A stretch of 64,000 nucleotides of DNA from a virus. Its lineage: Duplodnaviria > Caudoviricetes. Made by a program: the position numbers and the translations under genes. Under the pieces are notes generated by a model. That model did no database searches. It had not been told where the DNA came from and worked only from the letters and a program-made list of their open reading frames with translations. The stretch is taken from positions 1 through 64,000 of IMG/VR virus record IMGVR_UViG_3300021255_000123, one strand, 5' to 3'. Shown here one piece after another: positions 35,330 to 42,253 of this stretch. Positions within the stretch are counted from its first letter, which is position 1, and each line of letters starts with the position of its first letter.

Positions 35330-35688
35330 TAACACAAGATTCTACAGGCAAATGTCTCCTCTCTTTTGAAAACGAGGCAACTATAAGGAGAATACCACTA
35401 GAGAGACGTGGTATGACAAAAAAAGGGATAGAATGGGTCCTTGGAAGTTGTTTGGTCGAGGTATCTGATAATGAGCAGAATTGCTCGGCCCAACTGTTTT
35501 TGGTAACCTTTGAGCCAGAGCTGATTGAGCAACTGAACGTGATTGGTGTAGGGAAAAATGTCAAGATACGGTGGCACATTGATTGTCGTGAAAGATACGA
35601 TTCATACTCTGTATCGGCAATCCTAGACGAGATAGGCTTGATGACCGATGCTGAGAACTTCCTGATTGGCAAAGGTAAAAAGAAATGA
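35326..35688 (+). CDS. DUF3127-like OB-fold (ssDNA-binding) protein
   Basis: ERRGMTKKGIEW...LFLVTF...VGKNVKIRWHIDCRERYDSY pattern. Confidence 0.6.
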   Translation: MITQDSTGKCLLSFENEATIRRIPLERRGMTKKGIEWVLGSCLVEVSDNEQNCSAQLFLVTFEPELIEQLNVIGVGKNVKIRWHIDCRERYDSYSVSAILDEIGLMTDAENFLIGKGKKK

Positions 35689-36080
35689 GCGAGACCTACA
35701 TAGACTTGGAGCCATACGAGGACCGGATTATCGCACAGCGGAGCCGCACGGCGATAATCTTCCTGTACCCGTTCATCCGGGAGGCGTACAGGTACGGCAT
35801 GAGGGTGCAGACCCGCGACGGTCGCGTAGTCAAAAAGGTCCGCGTAGGAGGCGCAAACGGAGCCGCTGTGGTGGTAGGCATCCTAGACGGCGAGGAATTG
35901 CGCTGGGATGCCGCAGGACGCTTTCTGGGGCCGTATCAGGACGACCCGAGAGACTTGTTTGTGCCGGAACGCTACATGTACAAGGACTGGAGGGAGAATA
36001 TCGGCCTGTCGAACAGCGAGTGGGCCGTAACCTTCGGGAAGCCTCATCCGGGAGTCAAGATGCCGAAAAAAGATAATTAA
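35685..36080 (+). CDS. Hypothetical phage protein
   Basis: VQTRDGRVV...WDAAGRF...DPRDLF pattern. Confidence 0.7.
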   Translation: MSETYIDLEPYEDRIIAQRSRTAIIFLYPFIREAYRYGMRVQTRDGRVVKKVRVGGANGAAVVVGILDGEELRWDAAGRFLGPYQDDPRDLFVPERYMYKDWRENIGLSNSEWAVTFGKPHPGVKMPKKDN

Positions 36081-36091
36081 CCGTTTCTAAT

Positions 36092-36298
36092 ATGACCGAC
36101 GAGGAATTTGACAACACAACATTCCACAAAGGAGACAAGATTGAAGTGTGCCACTACTTCAAGACCGAAGTTGAAGATGTAGAATATGTGAATATAATTG
36201 ACAGATATATAAATAATTACAAACCACAACAAATCTCAAAATATATAAGTCATGCCAAGAAAGAAACCAGAAGAACCAATCATCGTCAATCCGAATGA
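36092..36298 (+). CDS. Small hypothetical protein
   Basis: 68-aa ORF. Confidence 0.5.
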   Translation: MTDEEFDNTTFHKGDKIEVCHYFKTEVEDVEYVNIIDRYINNYKPQQISKYISHAKKETRRTNHRQSE

Positions 36299-36497
36299 AC
36301 CGCTCCGCAAGTGCTACGACTGCGTGCATTGGCACATGTGCAAGGATGGCAACAACAGTGACGGCGCTGTCGATTTCTCGTCCGGCAGCTGCGACCACAA
36401 CGGTTACTCCAAGGTGCCGCCGCTGTTCACATGCCCCGGATGGGCCTCAGGAAGCGGCGAAATTGCCGATACATTGAGCCTACTGATGTCGAATTAG
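36252..36497 (+). CDS. Small Cys-rich protein
   Basis: CYDCVHW...GSCDH...TCPGW. Confidence 0.6.
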   Translation: MPRKKPEEPIIVNPNEPLRKCYDCVHWHMCKDGNNSDGAVDFSSGSCDHNGYSKVPPLFTCPGWASGSGEIADTLSLLMSN

Positions 36498-36572
36498 CCG
36501 GCATCCGTGCCGAAAGATTGAAAAATTTTCTCGCACAAAATCAGCAAAGTACGAAATATTTTCAAAAATTAT

Positions 36573-36603
36573 TTTGCCATATCGGAAATAGTTTGTACTT
36601 TTG
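36573..36603 (+). promoter_or_regulatory. Bacteroidota promoter for the tRNA region
   Basis: TTTG 36573-36576, 19-nt spacer, TACTTTTG 36596-36603. Confidence 0.7.
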
Positions 36604-36694
36604 CATCGCTTTTGAGACGGAAACGGAAAGTTCTTTCACTCGAAAGGGTAATATGGCCAGAAGAACGGAGTACGAGAAGTTAAGAAAGCAACTT

Positions 36695-36785
36695 CGCTGA
36701 GTAGCTCAGGTATTAGAGCGGTTTGGTAAGTCCGGAAACGGTGAGTCCAAGCAGGTCATTGGTGAGAAGCCAATCTCGGCGACTA
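36695..36785 (+). ncRNA. tRNA-like element with 22-nt extended anticodon region and no canonical anticodon loop
   Basis: Acceptor CGCTGAG/CTCGGCG, D-stem GCTC/GAGC, stem GTTTG/CAAGC, variable AGGTC, T-stem ATTGG/CCAAT with loop TGAGAAG; 3' end A-CTA. Confidence 0.65.
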
Positions 36786-36807
36786 GAATCAAAAGAGATT
36801 CAGAGAT

Positions 36808-36884
36808 TGTGGGGTCACTGGAGACGGTTCCAGCCTTGGCTCATAACCAAGTCCACGTCGGTTCGATTCCGACCCCCGCTACCA
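36808..36884 (+). tRNA. tRNA-Met(CAT), initiator-like
   Basis: TGTGGGG/CCCCGCT with unpaired 1:72, anticodon arm CTTGG-CTCATAA-CCAAG, T-arm GTCGG-TTCGATT-CCGAC, encoded ACCA; anticodon stem has only two of the three G-C pairs typical of initiators. Confidence 0.85.
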
Positions 36885-36993
36885 AGCCAAAAGAAGGCAA
36901 CACAATATAAGCTGAATGTCGGGAAAGTCAGCGAGGATTGTAAGACAGATTAGGTTCGGTTTCACCAGTCAAGTAAACCATCTTCAACCCCTG

Positions 36994-37024
36994 CAACCCC
37001 GACTACGCTGGGGTTGACTTTTTT
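36994..37024 (+). terminator. Intrinsic terminator
   Basis: CAACCCC-GACTACGCT-GGGGTTG followed by ACTTTTTT. Confidence 0.65.
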
Positions 37025-37026
37025 AT

Positions 37027-37310
37027 ATTGGCTGGTGTTCCACAAGACGAGTAAAGAGAACCCACCCAAAGGAACACGAGAGCCGTAGGGGAGCCAGTAC
37101 AACACGGCAGCGTAAAGGGAAAGCGAGAGTTGAGGTGATTCCGCGTACACGACGATGATTGTCGAATAAACACCTCTGCGATTAGCAAACATCGGCGAAA
37201 TCGCTTGTAAAGTCCGGGACTGACAGGTTCAGCAGAAGACAATACAAAGTTTTGTTCGCCGGTTGACGGTAAGGGAAACTTTGGTCTGAACCGAAACGTT
37301 CTTGGTTAGC
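37027..37310 (+). ncRNA. Candidate structured non-coding RNA upstream of the second HNH gene
   Basis: Several hand-identified helices and a 5' pseudoknot; no credible ORF; family not recognised. Confidence 0.4.
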
Positions 37311-37334
37311 AGTAAGATAAAATAGATATATACT

Positions 37335-37898
37335 ATGACGATGGATAAAGAAATATGGAAAGATATACATAATTACGAGGGACGGTATCAAGTTAGTAAT
37401 TATGGGAATGTACGTTCCTTAAATCATAATCAGAAAGGTGTTGTAAAAGAAATAAAAAAGAGAATTTTACGAGGTTATTATTATGTTAGGTTGCAAAAGA
37501 ACGGACAAAAAGAAGAGTTTAAGATACACAGATTAGTATATGCAGCATTTGTAGGAGAATTGCCAGAATGTACATTAAAAGGTGACGGAAATAAAATACT
37601 GGTTGTAAACCACAAGGATGAAAATAAACTAAATAACCGTGCGGATAATTTGGAACTTTTATCGCATACTCAAAACATAAACTATGGGGAAAATTCAGTT
37701 GTAAGGAGTGTGTATCAGTATAGTTTAGACGGTGTATTGATAAAAACTTGGCGTTCTATGACGGAGGCAGAGTCTGCCGGATTCAGCAAACATGCCATCT
37801 GTTTATGCTGTACAGGAAGAATTAAAACACACAAAGGGTATAAGTGGGTGTATGCTGACAATAAACAAAATCGAAAAGGAAGAAAAAAGACAATATAA
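37335..37898 (+). CDS. NUMOD4-HNH homing endonuclease with NUMOD1 domain
   Basis: EIWKDIHNYEGRYQVSNYG; IHRLVY...VNHKDENKLNNRADNLE; C-terminal NUMOD1. Confidence 0.9.
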   Translation: MTMDKEIWKDIHNYEGRYQVSNYGNVRSLNHNQKGVVKEIKKRILRGYYYVRLQKNGQKEEFKIHRLVYAAFVGELPECTLKGDGNKILVVNHKDENKLNNRADNLELLSHTQNINYGENSVVRSVYQYSLDGVLIKTWRSMTEAESAGFSKHAICLCCTGRIKTHKGYKWVYADNKQNRKGRKKTI

Positions 37899-37917
37899 AC
37901 CAATAAAACAGACAATT

Positions 37918-38007
37918 ATGAGTAAAATTCTGAAAATCTCAGCCGGCGTCCGTTATGATGAGGATGCCGGGTCTCTTAACCACCTCAGCACTGGTTGTGC
38001 AGGATAA
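37918..38007 (+). pseudogene. Possible N-terminal gene fragment (MSKILKISAGVRYDEDAG...)
   Basis: 29-aa ORF with a good start context, resembling the AGVRYWED start of a phage protein family, then truncated. Confidence 0.3.
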
Positions 38008-38089
38008 AAAGAGCTTATGGATGGAATGATGAAAAAATCTCTTCATGTTTTGAACAAAACTTATTGAAAACCATTATAAAACACAAAAT

Positions 38090-38299
38090 ATGAATACATT
38101 TCAAGGTGAACGTACAAAACCGTTATCCAAAGGAAAAGTGAAATATACAAATGATTCCTGCGTCGGAATTGAGTTTGCTCCTATTGACGAAAGTGAAACA
38201 CACGGCAGGATTCCAATCTTGTCCATCATTATGACCGTTTCAGTTGAGGATGCTGTAGAAATCGCGAAAGATATTTTGAAAAGATATGAGCAACAATAG
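38090..38299 (+). CDS. Small hypothetical protein
   Basis: 69-aa ORF. Confidence 0.55.
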   Translation: MNTFQGERTKPLSKGKVKYTNDSCVGIEFAPIDESETHGRIPILSIIMTVSVEDAVEIAKDILKRYEQQ

Positions 38300-38489
38300 A
38301 TTTACGCAAGTTGACCGTATATTTCACGGAGAAGGGGCCAGCAAGTGTAACTGGTATGAGGTGTACCATAAGTATGGTTATTATTGGGCGAAATTTGAGT
38401 TGACATCAGGTAAGAAGTATGCTCAAACGCCAAAGCAATGTATTAGTATTAAGTGGATTCTTGAAAGTCATTTCAAAAAAATGTTATAG
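38286..38489 (+). CDS. Small hypothetical protein
   Basis: 67-aa ORF. Confidence 0.55.
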   Translation: MSNNRFTQVDRIFHGEGASKCNWYEVYHKYGYYWAKFELTSGKKYAQTPKQCISIKWILESHFKKML

Positions 38490-38497
38490 TAAACGAC

Positions 38498-38683
38498 ATG
38501 ACAGATAAAGAAAAAGAAATAGGACGCAATTCCGTAATATCGGGAAGAACTTACATAAAAACGGATATGGCGTTTCAACGATATAAAGAACGTCGGCGTG
38601 ACAATGCTCTTATCCTGTTGTTTGACGGTATTGTCATCCTGATTATTGCAATCGTTTTGGTATTATTTAATTTTTGTCAATAA
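38498..38683 (+). CDS. Small protein with C-terminal TM
   Basis: Hydrophobic C-terminus. Confidence 0.55.
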   Translation: MTDKEKEIGRNSVISGRTYIKTDMAFQRYKERRRDNALILLFDGIVILIIAIVLVLFNFCQ

Positions 38684-38736
38684 ATCGAAAAAATTGGCAA
38701 AAAATTGAAACGTAAAATAGTAAATAACAATAAATT

Positions 38737-39075
38737 ATGGAAGACACAATAAAAGTAAAAGTGAACGAGAACGGCCAGTGGACCGAATATTCATTGCCTT
38801 ATGAGGAGTTCGCGTATATTCAACCCATCCTCGAACGCTGCAAGGACAAGCGGGTGGTCAACTTCGACCCCAACGACCCCGAACAGTCTGCGGAACTCAT
38901 TGGGCGTATCTTTATGCCGTTTGGCACGGCCCAGCAGAACGGGCGCAAGGGCATTATCTACAACCTCAATGACAAGCCCAAGGATATGACAAAGGAGCAA
39001 GTTGAGGACACTTATCAGAAAAAGGGTATTCTTTACATCAGGAGCAAGAAAACACAAACACAGGCAATATTGTAA
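38737..39075 (+). CDS. Hypothetical protein
   Basis: 112-aa ORF ending at a bidirectional terminator. Confidence 0.65.
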   Translation: MEDTIKVKVNENGQWTEYSLPYEEFAYIQPILERCKDKRVVNFDPNDPEQSAELIGRIFMPFGTAQQNGRKGIIYNLNDKPKDMTKEQVEDTYQKKGILYIRSKKTQTQAIL

Positions 39076-39094
39076 ACGTTTTAGGATTAGTATA

Positions 39095-39137
39095 AAAAGC
39101 GGAGGCTCGGCGTTAAGTTGTCGAGCCTCTTGCTTTT
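39095..39137. terminator. Bidirectional terminator between convergent operons
   Basis: AAAAGCGGAGGCTCGGC...GTCGAGCCTCTTGCTTTT. Confidence 0.75.
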
Positions 39138-39199
39138 CAAGAGTCGCCGTCCGACGGCTCCCTAACTACACGACCAACATGGGCCGTAAGATGGAATAT

Positions 39200-39787
39200 T
39201 CACTCGCGGGGCGTAAATGCCGGGTTATCCAGCGAGACCTCTCCTGTGATAGCATCCACGAATACACAGTCGTCGAAGGCGCCTCCAAAGATATACTGCG
39301 GGTTACATTCATACGGCCCGACCATTTTCCGGAGTACGCAGTCCTTCGTGTGCGGTTTGATGCAGTTCGCTTTCATCAGGTTCTTGTAGGCTTGACGGTA
39401 AGTAATAGTAATGTAGTCTTTAGCCATGTCGCAATCTTCCATCCAAGCGTCATCGACTACTTTAATTGTAAACGTACTATCAGTGTGCTTAAACATATAC
39501 ACATGAGGTGAGTACGCTGTGTCGCCGCCGTCAACGATTTGGAACACGTTGAGAACACTGGCAACTGTGCCGGTGCAGTTATCGTCATCGAGCCACTCGT
39601 TGAGGACAATCTGTGTCTCGTAATAGACGTAGCCGCAGCCGTAGTGGTCGCACATGTACTGGCGGTCAGATTGGACCACCTGCTCGACCATAGTTTCCAT
39701 CTGCTTGACCTCCTTATTGCACGATGTGCAAGACGACGCCCCAAGCAGGAGGGCAAACGCCATCAGGAACGCTAAAAACTTTTTCAT
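39200..39787 (-). CDS. Lipoprotein with PepSY-like C-terminus
   Basis: Signal peptide with lipobox LLLGASSC; C-terminal YIFGG...VFVDAITGEV. Confidence 0.75.
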   Translation of the reverse strand: MKKFLAFLMAFALLLGASSCTSCNKEVKQMETMVEQVVQSDRQYMCDHYGCGYVYYETQIVLNEWLDDDNCTGTVASVLNVFQIVDGGDTAYSPHVYMFKHTDSTFTIKVVDDAWMEDCDMAKDYITITYRQAYKNLMKANCIKPHTKDCVLRKMVGPYECNPQYIFGGAFDDCVFVDAITGEVSLDNPAFTPRE

Positions 39788-39830
39788 TTGTGTGAAGTTT
39801 TTGTTAATAAAAAGGTAAATTAAACGGTTA

Positions 39831-40136
39831 TTACTTTAATATCCAAAGGTTTAACAATTCTTTGATTTTGTGGGTGTGATTGCTTCCAATCAACCGGCCC
39901 TGTTCGATACCGTTCTCGTAGAACACCAGTACCGGGTAGGCGTCGATGTTCCTTGCGTTGGAGAGTTCCCGACTTTCTGTGAAATGGAAACCAAGAAGCG
40001 GGTAGTTTTTCTCCACGCTTTCGACGCAGGTTCGGACGATTGAGCAATGCAAACAGTCTTCCTTACCGAACATGACAACGGAGCGGGCCTGATTTGCGGC
40101 CTCTCGCAGCTCCTCTCGCGTTTTTATCTCTTTCAT
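39831..40136 (-). CDS. Thioredoxin-like protein
   Basis: FGKEDCLHC (CxxC), IDAYPVLVFYENG. Confidence 0.8.
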   Translation of the reverse strand: MKEIKTREELREAANQARSVVMFGKEDCLHCSIVRTCVESVEKNYPLLGFHFTESRELSNARNIDAYPVLVFYENGIEQGRLIGSNHTHKIKELLNLWILK

Positions 40137-40142
40137 GGTAGA

Positions 40143-41723
40143 TTATTCGTATTTGTTGTTTTTATTCGATTTGGAGGCGTATTTTGCATTGATGGCGCCC
40201 GTCTTCTCCAGTTTGTCGAGTTCCTTCTGGGCCAACTCTTCCTGCTCACGCTGGATGCGCTCGACCTCATCCGGGCGACTGATGGTGTTGGCCTCGACAG
40301 CGGTCTTCTGGGACAGGATGCCGCTGGTCTTCATGGTAGAGAGCATCTGGTTGTACTCGGCCTCGGAGAACGGCTGCCAGATGTCGAAGCTGGCGTTGAT
40401 TCTCATCTTGTCAAACTCAGTGATGGCGTCTGGCTTGTAGAACGGGTCGCTGGGGTCTTTGTTCACCAGCTCGACTGCGAGGCCGCGCTTGAACAGGCGA
40501 ACCATCTTGTCGGCGACGTTCTGCCACTCGACAATGCCGTTTTTTGCAGTCTGAATATCCAGACTCTGAGTCATTTGGACTGCCACACCTGATGTATCAC
40601 TTGAAGTGTGGATGTCTTTCGGCAGGATGAAGGTCGTGCCACAGGCAATCTGGATTTGGGAGAAAATTTGGTCCAGAGTGTTGATGGAGTTCTGCGGCGA
40701 GGGCGGGTCGAGGAACTTGGCGTCGCCCTTACCCTCGTAGCTGGTGTCGTTTAGGACGATATTGCCGGCGAGTTTCTTTGCTTTTTGGTCGATACGGCCC
40801 TTGACGTATAGGAGGCCCCAGCCAAACTTGTTTTGGAGTACCTTGAAGATATTGTCGAGTCTTTCGTAGCTCTCGATGAGGGTCTGGCCGTTGTCCCAAG
40901 CGACCTTGGTGCGCTTGGTGATGAGGGGAATCTCGCCGAACGGGTGTGGGATGACCTGCAACTCGTAGTCGCCGTTGTCGGACACATACCGGATGCGGTA
41001 CATATTGTAATCGTCCCAGCAGTCGATTAGTTCCTCGCCGTCGGACGATGTGTAGTACACCACCTCCAGCATACGGTCTCCATTCATGTCGTTGTGGGAG
41101 CAGATGACATAGCCGTCCTCGTAGCTGATGAGCCTCGACTTGATTTCGCCGTGGCGGTCGATGTAGTACAACAGGCCGGCGTCGCCGAATGACTTGGCGG
41201 TGGCCACCATTTTGACTTTCATGCCGTCCTGATTGCGGAGGTCCCAGAAGTGCTTGAATGTAACAAAGTCCTCTTGAACACTCTCTGCCGGTTTCTTGTC
41301 GGATAAGGTAAATTTCATTGGCAGACAGGCCATGTGGAGAGTCTGTTTCTCCATAATGCACTGCTGGAACGGCTGTGCGGCCTTGACGAACTTGATTTCT
41401 ACCACACCACCGTTCTCTGTGCGGACGCAGATGCTCGGAATGTTCTCGTCGAACAGGACATCGTGCATGTTGGGGTCAAGTTCGGCCATGTACCTGTCTT
41501 GGCTGATGACCTCTTTCTTGATGCACGACTGTCTGGCGGCGATTTTCGAGCCGAGGTGGACCGGCTTCTGGTTCTTGTAGTTTTGCTGGATTTTGCCTCC
41601 ACGGGTAAACGGCTTGCGCCTGAGGAGTTTCTCACGGTCGGTGAGTAACGCCTTTACATCGTCGGCTGTCTTTGCAAGCAGCTCGTCGATTTGCTCCTGA
41701 GTTGTTTTATTGCTGGTTTCCAT
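40143..41723 (-). CDS. Portal protein (SPP1-like)
   Basis: 526 aa, in packaging operon; HPFGEIPL, SDTSGVA motifs. Confidence 0.8.
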   Translation of the reverse strand: METSNKTTQEQIDELLAKTADDVKALLTDREKLLRRKPFTRGGKIQQNYKNQKPVHLGSKIAARQSCIKKEVISQDRYMAELDPNMHDVLFDENIPSICVRTENGGVVEIKFVKAAQPFQQCIMEKQTLHMACLPMKFTLSDKKPAESVQEDFVTFKHFWDLRNQDGMKVKMVATAKSFGDAGLLYYIDRHGEIKSRLISYEDGYVICSHNDMNGDRMLEVVYYTSSDGEELIDCWDDYNMYRIRYVSDNGDYELQVIPHPFGEIPLITKRTKVAWDNGQTLIESYERLDNIFKVLQNKFGWGLLYVKGRIDQKAKKLAGNIVLNDTSYEGKGDAKFLDPPSPQNSINTLDQIFSQIQIACGTTFILPKDIHTSSDTSGVAVQMTQSLDIQTAKNGIVEWQNVADKMVRLFKRGLAVELVNKDPSDPFYKPDAITEFDKMRINASFDIWQPFSEAEYNQMLSTMKTSGILSQKTAVEANTISRPDEVERIQREQEELAQKELDKLEKTGAINAKYASKSNKNNKYE

Positions 41724-41725
41724 CG

Positions 41726-42253
41726 TTATTGGGGTTTTTCGATTAAGTTAAACTTTTCCATTGCGGCTTCCTTGTCGAGCTGGTAGCACTCATGTCTGGT
41801 GTGGGGGCAGATGAAATCGAATTTCTTTTCGACGATAATCATCCTGTTTCGCTTCGACGCCTCAACCTTGAACTTGTCGTTCAACTTGGTTCGGATGTCA
41901 ACGATTCTGGCATAACCGTCTTTCTTTTCGATAACGCCCTTCTCCATATCGCGCTCGATGTCGGCAATCATCTTCGTAAGAGCCGATTTGTTTTCCTCGA
42001 AGGTGATGCTTCCGTCATCCTCATCGGTGCTTATGGCCCGGATGTAACCCTCTTCTGTCATATATTCTTCCAGCTTACTCCTCAACTCGTCGTTGATATA
42101 GTCGCTGTACCCTTCCTGCGTGCCGAACAAGCACTGGTAGGCAGTCTTCGTGTCGGAGAACATCTTTGAAAGCAGGATGTATGCTATGTCTCTGACACGG
42201 ATGCCGTCAGTCTTAAAACGCTCAACTGTGTTTTTTATTTGTTCATTGTCCAT
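41726..42253 (-). CDS. Probable terminase small subunit
   Basis: 175-aa helical protein between TerL and portal; position-based. Confidence 0.4.
   Translation of the reverse strand: MDNEQIKNTVERFKTDGIRVRDIAYILLSKMFSDTKTAYQCLFGTQEGYSDYINDELRSKLEEYMTEEGYIRAISTDEDDGSITFEENKSALTKMIADIERDMEKGVIEKKDGYARIVDIRTKLNDKFKVEASKRNRMIIVEKKFDFICPHTRHECYQLDKEAAMEKFNLIEKPQ

Noticed and set aside
36631-36953. Short ORFs over the tRNA region (e.g. 36723-36953)
   Set aside because: They overlap well-formed tRNA and tRNA-like structures.
36782-36960. Theta/HDV-like ribozyme at tRNA 3' ends
   Set aside because: I could not build the nested double pseudoknot after either cloverleaf.
37078-37110. Group II intron domain V (GAGAGCCGTA...)
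   Set aside because: Only the first bases match; there is no GNRA-capped 34-nt DV, no domain VI and no GTGCG 5' end.
37208-37222. RNase P CR-I-like AAAGTCCGGG
   Set aside because: The complementary 3' P4 strand (CCCGGCTT) was not found downstream.
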